Part shown: one piece after another, positions 1-9,896 of the stretch
Layout of the letters: each line of letters opens with the position of its first letter
Numbering within the stretch: position 1 is the stretch's first letter
Notes under the pieces: model-generated
Seen by the model: only the letters and a program-made list of their open reading frames with translations
Databases searched by the model: none
What the model was told of the DNA's origin: nothing
Program-made: the position numbers and the translations under genes
Origin: a virus
Taxonomy: Duplodnaviria; Heunggongvirae; Uroviricota; Caudoviricetes
IMG/VR virus record: IMGVR_UViG_3300031963_006119
DNA: 64,000 nucleotides
Direction: 5' to 3' (one strand)

Positions 1-133
1 TAGTTTCCTTATAAATGATTTTATTTGGAAACTACTTAGATCAACTTACTCCCAATATAATATTGGCATATAAGGCTTAACAGCGAAAGAATTGCTTTAA
101 GAAGTCTCAAATATATTTATGCCTTTTTTGTGC

Positions 134-162
134 TTGACTTCTAAGTAAAGATACTATATAAT
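134..162 (+). promoter_or_regulatory. sigma70-like promoter (TTGACT-17nt-TATAAT) upstream of OMP gene
   Basis: TTGACT at 134-139, 17-nt spacer, TATAAT at 157-162. Confidence 0.45.
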
Positions 163-203
163 TGCACATGACTAGATTAGTCATACATTTAAAGGAATTA
201 AAA

Positions 204-653
204 ATGAAGAAAATTGCAATAGCAACAATCTTAGCAGTAACCGCAATGTCGGTATCTGCTTTAGAAGTAGGTGTAACAGGTACTCGTGATTATGCAGGTA
301 CTGACCGTGATGGTTATGGTTTGACTGTTGGTCAATCTTTTGGCAAGGTTGGTGTCACAGCCGGGTTTGATCGTTTCACTTCTGGTACTAACGATCAAAA
401 TCGTTACAGCATTGTTACTGGCTACGATGTTGCTAACCTAGGTGTTGTAACTGTAACTCCTAAAGTTGGTGTCGCATATTTGGACAACCAGACTGGGTCT
501 GACGGTTATGCAATGACTGTTGGTATTGGCGCAAGTTTGCCAGTTACTAAACAAGTTAGTGTTGGTCTCGATCTTGCACGTCAATATGGTCAAGACCGTG
601 TTAATACATTCGACGGTAATCGTGTTACTGCCGGTGTTCGTTACAAGTTCTAA
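204..653 (+). CDS. outer-membrane beta-barrel protein (OmpA/OmpW-like), signal peptide
   Basis: RBS AAAGGAAT then ATG at 204. N-terminal signal MKKIAIATILAVTAMSVSA. Alternating amphipathic Gly/Thr/Val-rich strands. C-terminal ...GVRYKF aromatic terminus typical of OM beta-barrels. Confidence 0.6.
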   Translation: MKKIAIATILAVTAMSVSALEVGVTGTRDYAGTDRDGYGLTVGQSFGKVGVTAGFDRFTSGTNDQNRYSIVTGYDVANLGVVTVTPKVGVAYLDNQTGSDGYAMTVGIGASLPVTKQVSVGLDLARQYGQDRVNTFDGNRVTAGVRYKF

Positions 654-674
654 ACTTAGACAATCACAGATAGA

Positions 675-700
675 AAGCACCTTTGGGTGCTTTTTATTTG
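675..700 (+). terminator. rho-independent terminator
   Basis: AGCACC-TTTG-GGTGCT stem followed by TTTTT. Confidence 0.6.
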
Positions 701-776
701 AGTGTTACCATTTTATTTGATTTATTTTTTGATATCTGTTATAGTTATATTTGTATTCAACTTTGCAAGGGTTATT

Positions 777-1166
777 ATGTCTATGCATTTGGAAGGCCCG
801 TGGCTCAGTACCACCGGTAAGAAAAAAGGTAAGAAGAAATTCGCTTCGGCAGAACATGCTAGAAAAGCACGTGAGCAAGAAGAAAGTTGGAAGGCTTTTC
901 AAAAGAAATGGGAAATCCAATCTCCCAGCAAGCCTTTACCAAAGGCGTCTAGCCTAAGCTCGACATACAGTTTAAAAATTCCAGAAGGTCGCAATACAAC
1001 TGCACATATCAAAAGTTTGAACAGCGGATTGGGCACTGCTACTCTTAAGCCAGCCAAAGTGTATACTGGCACTATGGTAAAAGGTATTGCCACTATGCAC
1101 AAGAGTAATGCGGTTCCTGTCTTCAGTGATCAAGAAGCAGTGGACATCTCTAGTATGCGTAGGTAA
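777..1166 (+). CDS. hypothetical lysine-rich protein
   Basis: ORF with internal Met start after noncoding AT-rich stretch; no recognisable domain. Confidence 0.35.
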   Translation: MSMHLEGPWLSTTGKKKGKKKFASAEHARKAREQEESWKAFQKKWEIQSPSKPLPKASSLSSTYSLKIPEGRNTTAHIKSLNSGLGTATLKPAKVYTGTMVKGIATMHKSNAVPVFSDQEAVDISSMRR

Positions 1167-1175
1167 ATACTCTCT

Positions 1176-3113
1176 ATGAATGAAAAACATAAAGTTAGTT
1201 TTGTACAAGTAAATTTCCAAGTAGGTCCAGAAGAACTCAATTCGTTTCATTTACCATACACAGTTGGATGTCTTTGGGCACACGCTCAATCTCAACCAGA
1301 CATTGATTCGCAGTTTGAATTAAATCAATTAATCTGGCGACGTGACCCAATAGAGCAAGTAGTTGAACAATTAAAAAACGATTCAGTAGTTGGCTTTAGT
1401 ACCTACGTTTGGAATCTACAATATAATTTACACTTAGCTGAGGCTCTTAAATTACGCAATCCTAATTGTTTAATTATTTTTGGAGGACCAGAGCCGGCTG
1501 TGTCAGACCCTGCAATATTTTCTAAGTATCCTTGGATTGATGCTATTATTAAAAACGAAGGTGAAATTACTTTTACTGAAATCCTGCGTAACATTGAGAA
1601 CTTTGATCATGTGCCAGGTGTGCTAATAAATCAAAATGGTAGCGTACTAGATACTGGTCAGGCAGCACGAGTTGATGATTTATCAATTTTATCCAGTCCT
1701 TATCTAACAGGCACCTTTGATCAACTGTTAATAGATAATCCCAAGGTTAACTGGTCAGCTACACTGGAAACCAATCGTGGTTGTCCGTATCAGTGTACAT
1801 TTTGTGACTGGGGTAGTTTAACACTAAGCAAAATTAAAAAGTTTACTATAGAGCGTGTATATGCTGAACTTGAATGGATGAGTCGTAACCGCATAGATTT
1901 TGTACACGTTGCTGATGCTAATTTTGGTATTTTTCCTGAGCGAGATCGATCAATTGTAGAGCGATTTATTGAACTACAGCGTCAGTATGGTGCTCCAACT
2001 GGTATCTCTCAATCGTTTGCTAAAAATCAAAATCAAGAAGTAATTGACATTGTAGAACTGCTGGTCAAAAAAACTCTACGACCTACAACAGGTCTTAAGA
2101 TTAGCTTACAAACTTTTGACGATAATACTCTTGATGCTATCAAACGCAAAAATCTTAAAAGCAACAACATTGCTGAAATACTAGAAATTGGACGAGCAAA
2201 AGGTGTACCCATTGGTACCGAATTGATCATGGGGTTGCCGCGAGAAACACTTGAGTCTTGGCAAAACAATCTTTGGAAACTGTTAGACCTAGGTATGCAC
2301 AACGATATCGATATCTACTACTGCCAAGTACTAGAAAATGCAGAATTAAATCGAGTCCAAAAAGAAGTCTACGACATCAAGACTACAAAAATTTATGATT
2401 ATTTTAGTCCGTCGGCTCATGAAAATACTGGGGTTACAGCTGAGAGCATAGATGTTGTAATTAGTACTGCCCATATGTCTTTTGATGACATCATTGAAGC
2501 TAGTATATTCAACTGGAATTTGTTTACTTGGCACGTGGGCGGTTACAGCAACTTAGTTACTAGATTCTTAAATCGTTACAAAAATGTTTCCTATGAGGAA
2601 ATGTATACCAAATTATTTAAACAGGCACAACAGCATGAATGGTATCGTATACTGAAACAACAACAGATTGATGTACTATGTGATTGGTTCAAACACGGGC
2701 GTTGCACACTTGACAGCGGAATACCTGGAATCAAACTTTATGGCAACAGTATTATATTTCATACTCGCATGATACTAACACTTCAACCTGAGGTTGTTGC
2801 CAAATGGTATGACTTGTTAGATGAATTTGTAAAAGAATTTGAACTTGGGCAAGAGTTGCATCAGGACCTTATGGATCTACAACGACATCTTACCGTGCCA
2901 CTCAAAGAACGCAATTCTTATCCACGAACTCAACAATACCAACACAATGTTTGGCAATATTTAAACGATCACTCCAGTGAGTTACACAAAGTACCTACTA
3001 CGCTAAAGTTTGACTTTAACGAATCTACTATGAGCGATGCTCAATTTGTTGAGAGAGTATTTTGGAGACGCCGCCTCCGATTTGGACAGGCTAACATAAC
3101 CCAAATTGTTTGA
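1176..3113 (+). CDS. B12-binding domain radical SAM protein (class B-like)
   Basis: N-terminal cobalamin-binding-like region (VVGFSTYVWN...IIFGGPEP). Radical SAM Cys triad CPYQCTFCDWG. 645 aa. Confidence 0.7.
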   Translation: MNEKHKVSFVQVNFQVGPEELNSFHLPYTVGCLWAHAQSQPDIDSQFELNQLIWRRDPIEQVVEQLKNDSVVGFSTYVWNLQYNLHLAEALKLRNPNCLIIFGGPEPAVSDPAIFSKYPWIDAIIKNEGEITFTEILRNIENFDHVPGVLINQNGSVLDTGQAARVDDLSILSSPYLTGTFDQLLIDNPKVNWSATLETNRGCPYQCTFCDWGSLTLSKIKKFTIERVYAELEWMSRNRIDFVHVADANFGIFPERDRSIVERFIELQRQYGAPTGISQSFAKNQNQEVIDIVELLVKKTLRPTTGLKISLQTFDDNTLDAIKRKNLKSNNIAEILEIGRAKGVPIGTELIMGLPRETLESWQNNLWKLLDLGMHNDIDIYYCQVLENAELNRVQKEVYDIKTTKIYDYFSPSAHENTGVTAESIDVVISTAHMSFDDIIEASIFNWNLFTWHVGGYSNLVTRFLNRYKNVSYEEMYTKLFKQAQQHEWYRILKQQQIDVLCDWFKHGRCTLDSGIPGIKLYGNSIIFHTRMILTLQPEVVAKWYDLLDEFVKEFELGQELHQDLMDLQRHLTVPLKERNSYPRTQQYQHNVWQYLNDHSSELHKVPTTLKFDFNESTMSDAQFVERVFWRRRLRFGQANITQIV

Positions 3114-3148
3114 TTAACAAGTAATTTTGTCAAAAGATGTCAAAAACC

Positions 3149-3177
3149 TTGCATTTCTTTATGGAATGTCGTACAAT
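3149..3177 (+). promoter_or_regulatory. sigma70-like promoter (TTGCAT-17-TACAAT) driving long leader of SleB-like gene
   Basis: TTGCAT 3149-3154, 17-nt spacer, TACAAT 3172-3177. Confidence 0.4.
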
Positions 3178-3441
3178 AGGATATATATTAAACGTTTCGC
3201 ACAGAAACTGAGATAGTAGAACCAAAGTATGTCACAAGCTGAAATGGTTCCGCGGGTCTTGGCCAATGAGAAACCCGTATTTTCGGGACGCCAAGGGTCG
3301 CCAAAGGCACACAAGTTATGAGATTGTGCGTCCAATGGAGACAACTACACGAAAGTAGGGTTCTTTCAGAGCCTCGTGAAGTTAACTCCCTTTATGTAAT
3401 GTGATATGAATTTTGTATCACACCAAGTCAAAGGAGGACTT

Positions 3442-4014
3442 ATGGAAAAGACAATCAGGGCATTAGCCCTTGCAGTAGGTTTGTTGTTTGCAGTAGTTAT
3501 TCTGCAACACATCACAAGCAATAAGTTTCAAGCTCTCAAAATGTCAGCGGGAGTAAGTTTCCCAGATGTTGTAACAATTAAGACTAGAGAAAAAGAACTC
3601 GAATGTTTAGCACTTAACATTTATCGAGAAGCAGGTTATGAGCCTTTTGAAGGAAAGGTAGCCGTAGCACAAGTTACCCTAAACCGTGTTGCGCACCCAG
3701 CGTTTCCAAAAGACGTTTGCGGTGTAGTTTATCAAAAGACTACAACAATAAGAACCATATGCCAGTTCTCATGGTATTGTGATTCAACACATCGTAACAG
3801 ACCAATAAACTCAGAAGCTTACAAAGAAAGCTATGCTGTAGCCAAAAAAGTATTATTGGAAAATTTTAAACTTGACGTATTAAAAACAGCCCTGTATTAT
3901 CATGCAGATTATGTTAACCCACAATGGAAGTTAGAAAAAATTGGAAAAATTGGAACTCACATCTTTTATAACGAAAAACCTAGAACGATTGAAAGAATAT
4001 ATGCAAAATTTTAA
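3442..4014 (+). CDS. cell wall hydrolase, SleB/Hydrolase_2 family
   Basis: RBS AAAGGAGGA then ATG 3442. TM/signal anchor. Motifs ALNIYREAGYEPFEGKVAVAQVTLNRV and FSWYCD typical of SleB-type lytic enzymes. Confidence 0.65.
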   Translation: MEKTIRALALAVGLLFAVVILQHITSNKFQALKMSAGVSFPDVVTIKTREKELECLALNIYREAGYEPFEGKVAVAQVTLNRVAHPAFPKDVCGVVYQKTTTIRTICQFSWYCDSTHRNRPINSEAYKESYAVAKKVLLENFKLDVLKTALYYHADYVNPQWKLEKIGKIGTHIFYNEKPRTIERIYAKF

Positions 4015-4306
4015 TATTGAACAATTTAAAGAAACAATCTCTGCTTCAATCTCTAAAGTATCAGCAGAAACTTTTGGGTGGCTAGGTATTGTAATATTAC
4101 ATGCTTCAACTATTCCTAGTTTACTGGCTGTGATGAGTGGATTAACAGACAGTTTACCACCTGTGGATCTAGTACTGTTAGTTTGGACTGGATTGGTACT
4201 GATGTTTATTAAAGCCGCAGTACAGAAAGACATGTTAAATTTAGTCACTATTGGTATTGGATTTATTGTCCAAGCTATGATGATGGCTTTAATATTCTTT
4301 AAGTAA
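3941..4306 (+). CDS. small membrane protein (start uncertain)
   Basis: Two predicted TM helices; overlaps 3' end of SleB-like gene so true start is probably an internal Met. Confidence 0.35.
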   Translation: MEKLELTSFITKNLERLKEYMQNFNIEQFKETISASISKVSAETFGWLGIVILHASTIPSLLAVMSGLTDSLPPVDLVLLVWTGLVLMFIKAAVQKDMLNLVTIGIGFIVQAMMMALIFFK

Positions 4307-4384
4307 TTTGGTAAAATTCAATCTTGACAGGACCTACGGGTCCTGTTATACTATAGACTGTATTAACAACCCACAGAGGCACAC

Positions 4385-4861
4385 ATGAAAAAGGCATTTT
4401 TAGTTTTACCAATTATTGCAGTTCTTTCTGCTTGTTCTTCAATGAAGGACGTTCCAGAACGCAAGACTTACGCACAACCAACCTGGTATCAGGAATGTGT
4501 GCAAGAAGGTGTTAAGGGTTGGTTCTGGTGGAAAGAGGATTATGTTTATGCTTGCGGTGCAGGCGAGTCAAAATACTCTCAAGCATCTGAAGAACAAATG
4601 GATGCAATCGCTATGAATAACTTTGCCAAACGTATCAATGGTTCTGTTAATTCAGAAACTGTGATTGATATCAAAGACGATGTAAAGACTACTCGTACTA
4701 TGATTTCTTACAAGGTTACTGACACAGCAATTCGCAGGCATGTAAAAAGCGAAAAAGGTCATTTTACAATGAACGGTCGTCACTATACATTTGTTCGACT
4801 TGAAATGAAAAAGAACGTATTCGATCAACTCATAGCTGAAGCTAGTGCTAGGAAGCAGTAA
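4385..4861 (+). CDS. lipoprotein
   Basis: Lipobox LSACSS after signal peptide; RBS AGAGGCACAC upstream. Confidence 0.55.
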   Translation: MKKAFLVLPIIAVLSACSSMKDVPERKTYAQPTWYQECVQEGVKGWFWWKEDYVYACGAGESKYSQASEEQMDAIAMNNFAKRINGSVNSETVIDIKDDVKTTRTMISYKVTDTAIRRHVKSEKGHFTMNGRHYTFVRLEMKKNVFDQLIAEASARKQ

Positions 4862-5169
4862 TGAAAACTCTAGTCCTACTAGGAGCAATTGTAATACTAT
4901 CTGGCTGCTCCTCAGCAACCAAAGTTGCTGATCAAGGACCTCAGTACTGTTATACTACTCAGAACATTCAAACAAAGAATGGTGAGCGAGTAGAAAGCCA
5001 GACACAGGTCGAATGTTCTGACAAGCCAGGGCATTGGCGTAAACAAGCAGGTGTTGCAAAACAATGCCGCCCTTACCAAACTGTAGTTAACATTAAAGGA
5101 CGAGATAAAAATGTTCAAGGCATCCTTTGCCAACATCCGGATGGTTCTTGGCATCCTGAGTTTAATTAG
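4861..5169 (+). CDS. lipoprotein
   Basis: Signal peptide with lipobox LSGCSS; Cys-rich mature part. Confidence 0.5.
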   Translation: MKTLVLLGAIVILSGCSSATKVADQGPQYCYTTQNIQTKNGERVESQTQVECSDKPGHWRKQAGVAKQCRPYQTVVNIKGRDKNVQGILCQHPDGSWHPEFN

Positions 5170-5533
5170 TTTAACAGCCTGTTCATCAACTCCGTATTAC
5201 GGAGATGTTAGTACAGCTCGGACTTATTCAAATCCAGGAAGCTCTATTAACATTCTTTATAACTGGGGCAAGTACACAGCTTATTCTGTCCCAACAGAAG
5301 ATCGAGCAGAACATGAACGTTGCGTATATTTCGCACTTGATGAAATTTCTGTGGGCGAATCTTGCAAATGGTTTAGCAAGACTAGTTCGGCAAGAGGTGA
5401 AGTTCGAGTATCCATTATAAAACCAAACACATGTACAGTATTACATTCTACTATCTGGTACAAAGGCAATCCAAAAAGTTTTAGAGAAGAGGCCTGCCTA
5501 CAAGGTAAGACTTGGAAATTCGTGCATGGATAA
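5141..5533 (+). CDS. lipoprotein
   Basis: Internal Met start MVLGILSLISLTACSS with lipobox; third lipoprotein in a row. Confidence 0.5.
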   Translation: MVLGILSLISLTACSSTPYYGDVSTARTYSNPGSSINILYNWGKYTAYSVPTEDRAEHERCVYFALDEISVGESCKWFSKTSSARGEVRVSIIKPNTCTVLHSTIWYKGNPKSFREEACLQGKTWKFVHG

Positions 5534-5549
5534 GCGATAAATACTACTT

Positions 5550-6968
5550 ATGATATTTGCTATCTTACTTGCACTATCCGGCCTAACTCTATCAGCAGTG
5601 GCCATATACTACAGCGTTATAGGTCTTACCGCAGTATTTGCCGCGGCATTTTGGCCCATTGTTGTTATGGGCACTACATTAGAAATATCTAAGTTAGTTG
5701 CCGCAAGTTGGCTCAAAGCATATTGGACTAAGATACCTTTAGGAATGAAAGTGTACATGAGTGCCGCAGTAATAGTACTCATGGTCATTACTAGCATGGG
5801 AATATTTGGTTTCTTAAGCAAAGCACATTTGGATCAAAATATTGTAAGTGGCGATGTCCAAAGCAAGATAGCTATTTACGATGAAAAAATCAAAACGGCA
5901 AAGGACAATATAGATGCGAACCGGAAGGCGCTTAGACAGATGGATGAAGCTGTGGACCAAGTTATGGGTCGAAGCAATGATGAAAAAGGTGCCGACAAAG
6001 CTGTTGCAATCCGAAGAGCACAACAAAAAGAACGTGTCCGCCTTCAATCTGAGATTGCGGCCGAACAGAAAACTATTGCCGCCCTTAGCGAAGAAAGAGC
6101 GCCTATTGCTGCCGAGGTACGCAAAGTTGAAGCAGAAGTAGGCCCAATCAAATACATAGCGGCCCTACTGTACGGAGATAATCCTGATGCTAATTTGCTA
6201 GAACGTGCAGTAACATGGGTTATTATAATAATTGTATTTGTGTTTGACCCACTGGCAATATTAATGTTATTAGGCGCACAGATGACTTGGCAGTGGTATA
6301 GAGAAAATAAAGATAAGTTAAGAGATGAATATGATTTCTCAGACGGTATCAGAGGGCCGATACTAAAAGAAGATGAAGAGCTTCCTACTGTTACAGAACC
6401 TATAGTTTCTCAGCCTGACATAGAAGAAGGCAATCGATTAATAGCAGAGATTGAAAAAGAAGAACTAGAATTTATTGATTTTGACAAGCAAGAATCTGAA
6501 CCAAAAGTAGAAACAATAACTAAGATAGAACAAGAAGAAACTAAAGAAGATCCTCAACCTAAGGTTGAAGCTACCAATGTAGATCAGCCTGAAGATCTGT
6601 CTAAAAAAAAACTTATAGAATCATCGGAAGAATTTCGCCTAACTAAAGAGCAGTTAGATGCTTTAGATAATTTAGAAGAATGGAATCAAGCCAAGCATGA
6701 TTGGAAAGAAGATAATCCAAATCTAAGTCTTAAATTTTTTAAACAACTTTATCTCGATGGCAAGATAAACAAACTTCCCTGGGAAGATTATGTAGGTAGA
6801 GCACAAGCTAAAAAAACCTATATGATGAAGGATAAAGATCAGCAAGTGACTTTGGAAACAGTTGAATCAAACGATGTTGAGCAAAATCCTACTGTGGGAT
6901 ACATACAGAATGAAGAACAAAAAAAACAAACAGCAATCTGGAAAAGCATAAGATCCAAAGATGAGTGA
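5550..6968 (+). CDS. membrane protein with coiled-coil and acidic C-terminal region
   Basis: Multiple N-terminal TM helices, coiled-coil segment, later TM pair, Glu/Lys-rich tail. Confidence 0.5.
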   Translation: MIFAILLALSGLTLSAVAIYYSVIGLTAVFAAAFWPIVVMGTTLEISKLVAASWLKAYWTKIPLGMKVYMSAAVIVLMVITSMGIFGFLSKAHLDQNIVSGDVQSKIAIYDEKIKTAKDNIDANRKALRQMDEAVDQVMGRSNDEKGADKAVAIRRAQQKERVRLQSEIAAEQKTIAALSEERAPIAAEVRKVEAEVGPIKYIAALLYGDNPDANLLERAVTWVIIIIVFVFDPLAILMLLGAQMTWQWYRENKDKLRDEYDFSDGIRGPILKEDEELPTVTEPIVSQPDIEEGNRLIAEIEKEELEFIDFDKQESEPKVETITKIEQEETKEDPQPKVEATNVDQPEDLSKKKLIESSEEFRLTKEQLDALDNLEEWNQAKHDWKEDNPNLSLKFFKQLYLDGKINKLPWEDYVGRAQAKKTYMMKDKDQQVTLETVESNDVEQNPTVGYIQNEEQKKQTAIWKSIRSKDE

Positions 6969-7338
6969 TATTACTTTAGTTACACCACCAGACAAATACT
7001 ACAGCCAGGAATATAGTTTTTTGCTAGTATACCCTAGTGCAGTAATCAAATCTCAGTTCCAAGACCTAATAGAAAGTTTTGATAAACCCGTTATAGTTTA
7101 CCTTTACGAAAAAGAAGACGATCACGAACCTGAATGGTTATTTGATTGTTTTTACAAAGCAGACTGTGTCATATTAGACATTGACAATTGCGATACAAAG
7201 ATTAGAGATCTAGTAGCTTACTTTATAGCCAAAGATAAAACCTATTGGTTGACAAATGGTAGCGATAACTTATATAATATAATCAGTAAGAATAGAATTT
7301 TTAATCTAGACTTTTTATCTGGTAAATTAGGAGATTAG
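6961..7338 (+). CDS. hypothetical protein
   Basis: ORF overlapping previous stop (ATGA); no recognised domain. Confidence 0.45.
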   Translation: MSDITLVTPPDKYYSQEYSFLLVYPSAVIKSQFQDLIESFDKPVIVYLYEKEDDHEPEWLFDCFYKADCVILDIDNCDTKIRDLVAYFIAKDKTYWLTNGSDNLYNIISKNRIFNLDFLSGKLGD

Positions 7339-7339
7339 T

Positions 7340-7579
7340 TTGAGGTATCAAAAATCAGAACTTAAAGGACTTCGAGTTGAAGTTCGTAATGATGATGTTA
7401 ACGGAGCTCTACGAAGGTTCAAAAGGAAAGTAGAAGACAGCGGTCTCTTGCAAGATCTTAGAGATAAAGAGTTCTACGAAAAACCAACTACAGCTAGAAA
7501 AAAAGCAAAAGCGGCGGCAAGATCGCGCTGGCTTAAAAAACTATCACAAGATCCTTTTAATATAAAGCCAAGAAAGTAA
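7340..7579 (+). CDS. rpsU: ribosomal protein bS21 homolog (TTG start)
   Basis: VNGALRRFKRKVEDSGLLQDLRDKEFYEKPTTARKKAKAAARSR matches the bS21 signature (LRRFKR...REFYEKPT..RK.AK). Confidence 0.8.
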   Translation: MRYQKSELKGLRVEVRNDDVNGALRRFKRKVEDSGLLQDLRDKEFYEKPTTARKKAKAAARSRWLKKLSQDPFNIKPRK

Positions 7580-7582
7580 CAT

Positions 7583-8161
7583 ATGGCAATGCACACAGAA
7601 TTGTGGTTTCCTAGTGTCATATGGTCGTCTATGACACACTTTGGTAACAACGCTGAATTAAAACGGTTTGCGTATGAAAGACAAAAAACTGATCCAGGTA
7701 GAGTTATTAGCAACTTTGGGGGTTATCAAAGTAGCGATATTAAATCAGGTGATAACGCTGATGTTGATGCGCTAGTAGAAGCTATTGGATTAGAAATTTC
7801 AGGATGTGCAAGACAAGTTGGTCTGCCGCAATTAGAATTATATAATATATGGATTAATATTAATCCACCAAATGCCTACAATCATCTCCACAATCATACT
7901 AATAGCGTATTAAGTGGAGTTTACTATGTTGATGCTCAAGAGGGACAAGGTAATATTCAGTTTGAACGATCAGACAACGGCGAATACCATATTCCTACTC
8001 AAGTAGAAAAAGGAACCTATTACACAAGTACTAGGGCTACCTATGCCTCTAAATCAGGTGCTCTGTATATATTTCCAGGTTGGCTCAAACACAGCGTACA
8101 GAGTAATAAATCAAACTCAGATAGAATCAGTATATCATTTAACTACGGCGAAAAACAATGA
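7583..8161 (+). CDS. 2OG-Fe(II) oxygenase superfamily protein (phage TIGR02466-like family)
   Basis: HxH...SGVYY...H motif pattern. Paralog of ORF 23627-24169, which shares the SGVYY motif. Confidence 0.5.
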   Translation: MAMHTELWFPSVIWSSMTHFGNNAELKRFAYERQKTDPGRVISNFGGYQSSDIKSGDNADVDALVEAIGLEISGCARQVGLPQLELYNIWININPPNAYNHLHNHTNSVLSGVYYVDAQEGQGNIQFERSDNGEYHIPTQVEKGTYYTSTRATYASKSGALYIFPGWLKHSVQSNKSNSDRISISFNYGEKQ

Positions 8162-9324
8162 GAATTGAACAAGATATAAAGTTAGACTACAAAGATGTGT
8201 TAATTCGTCCTAAGCGTAGTACATTAGGCTCTCGGCAGGAAGTAGACTTATTCCGTAAGTTTAAATTTAGAAATTACAGTCCTGCTTTTGAGCACGAAAA
8301 TTGGGAAGAATATCAATACACTGGTGTTCCAATCATGGCTGCTAATATGGACGGAGTTGGTACGTTTGCTATGGCAGACATTCTTGCACATGAAGGCATG
8401 TTTACATGTCTAGTTAAGACATATAGTGCAGAAGAATTAATTGACTTCTTTAATGCAGATGAATATTATAGAACTCATCGAGTAGCATACTCAATGGGAA
8501 TTACACAAGCTGACTACGATAAGTTTGCTAATGTGTACAGCGAAACACTAACAAACATTAAATACGTTTGTGTGGATGTTGCTAACGGCTATTCCGAGCG
8601 GTTTGCAACTTTTATTAGAAAGCTTCGTGAAGCATATCCAGAAATCGTAATCATTGCTGGCAATGTAGTGACAGGCGAAATGACTGAGGAGTTAATTTTA
8701 AGTGGAGCAGATATTATTAAAGTGGGCATTGGTCCTGGGAGCGTTTGCACAACTCGTATTCAAACTGGCGTTGGCTATCCTCAGCTTAGTGCTGTTATGG
8801 AGTGTGCTGATGCTGCTCATGGTTTGGGGGGACATATTATTGCAGACGGGGGTTGTACCTGTCCAGGAGATGTCGCCAAGGCATTTGCCGCAGGAGCGGA
8901 TTTTGTTATGCTCGGAGGGATGCTGGCTGGACACGATGAAGGCGGCGGAGAAGTCATTACAAGACTCTACGAAACTAACGAGTTACAGGCCCGACAGCGT
9001 ATCCTAGAAGACGGGCAGTCAGAGTGGACATGGACTGGCTGCAAAATAGAAGAAAAGAAATTTGTAGAATTTTATGGTATGAGTTCTGAAGCAGCCAACC
9101 TAAAACATTTTGGTGGTTTAAAAGAATACCGTAGCGCCGAAGGGCGAGAAGTTTTAGTACCTTATAAAGGTAAGGTACTAAATACTGTACAGGACATACT
9201 AGGCGGTTTGCGTAGTACCTGTACGTATGCAGGCGCTAAGACGCTAAAGCAACTTAGCAAATGCACAACCTTTGTTCGTGTAACTCAGCAATTTAATGCT
9301 GTTTATGCAAGCAATGGTAAATAA
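8158..9324 (+). CDS. guaC: GMP reductase (IMPDH/GMPR family) with internal insertion
   Basis: [23 protein letters not shown]..., [56 protein letters not shown] closely follow bacterial GuaC. Confidence 0.8.
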   Translation: MRIEQDIKLDYKDVLIRPKRSTLGSRQEVDLFRKFKFRNYSPAFEHENWEEYQYTGVPIMAANMDGVGTFAMADILAHEGMFTCLVKTYSAEELIDFFNADEYYRTHRVAYSMGITQADYDKFANVYSETLTNIKYVCVDVANGYSERFATFIRKLREAYPEIVIIAGNVVTGEMTEELILSGADIIKVGIGPGSVCTTRIQTGVGYPQLSAVMECADAAHGLGGHIIADGGCTCPGDVAKAFAAGADFVMLGGMLAGHDEGGGEVITRLYETNELQARQRILEDGQSEWTWTGCKIEEKKFVEFYGMSSEAANLKHFGGLKEYRSAEGREVLVPYKGKVLNTVQDILGGLRSTCTYAGAKTLKQLSKCTTFVRVTQQFNAVYASNGK

Positions 9325-9382
9325 ACTTGAGCGCCGATAATCGGGCTCAATATTAAATCTTGCTTATTATAAGGAGAAAATT

Positions 9383-9847
9383 ATGACAAGACTTACAACT
9401 CTAGACTTACCCTCATTTCACAGAGCTACTATCGGATTCGATAGAATGTTCAATGAGTTAGAAAGACAATTTGCTAACTCAGCATCGCAGGGATATCCTC
9501 CATACAACATTGCACAACTAAGCGAAGACGACTATACAATTAGTATCGCAGTCGCTGGGTTCAGTATGGATGACTTGGAAATTACCAAGGACAAAAATAT
9601 CCTACGCATTGAGGGGACCTCTCCGAAGGGAGATGACACAGTAAATTATCTACACAAAGGAATTGGTGCTCGCAATTTCCGTAGAGAATTTACTCTTGCT
9701 GACCATGTTGAAGTAGAAGGTGCTACACTAGAACTAGGCATGCTCAACATTAGTTTGAAGCGTGAAGTTCCAGAAGCACTACAACCTAAGAAGATTGCTA
9801 TTCAAGCACCTTCTAAAGTTGAAGCACTAACTATAGACAGCGAGTAA
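9383..9847 (+). CDS. ibpA: small heat shock protein, IbpA/Hsp20 family
   Basis: IGFDRMFNELERQF...GYPPYNI...YTISIAVAGF...L.IEG matches the IbpA alpha-crystallin domain. Confidence 0.8.
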   Translation: MTRLTTLDLPSFHRATIGFDRMFNELERQFANSASQGYPPYNIAQLSEDDYTISIAVAGFSMDDLEITKDKNILRIEGTSPKGDDTVNYLHKGIGARNFRREFTLADHVEVEGATLELGMLNISLKREVPEALQPKKIAIQAPSKVEALTIDSE

Positions 9848-9851
9848 CAGT

Positions 9852-9885
9852 CTAGGGGGAGTTAACCCTCCCCCTATTTTAACCT
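9852..9885 (+). terminator. rho-independent terminator
   Basis: GGGGGAG-TTAACC-CTCCCCC hairpin then TATTTT. Confidence 0.55.
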
Positions 9886-9896
9886 AGGAGACATAA

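Noticed and set aside
3159-3344. Minus-strand 61-aa ORF in the SleB leader
   Set aside because: It overlaps the + strand promoter and leader, has no RBS, and the region is better explained as a structured 5' UTR.
3178-3441. c-di-GMP-I (GEMM) riboswitch in the SleB leader
   Set aside because: CGCACAG and GGGACGCCAAGG resemble GEMM blocks, but their spacing (about 85 nt) and the lack of the GGCAAACC tetraloop-receptor arrangement do not fit the consensus. It is kept only as an unspecified structured leader.
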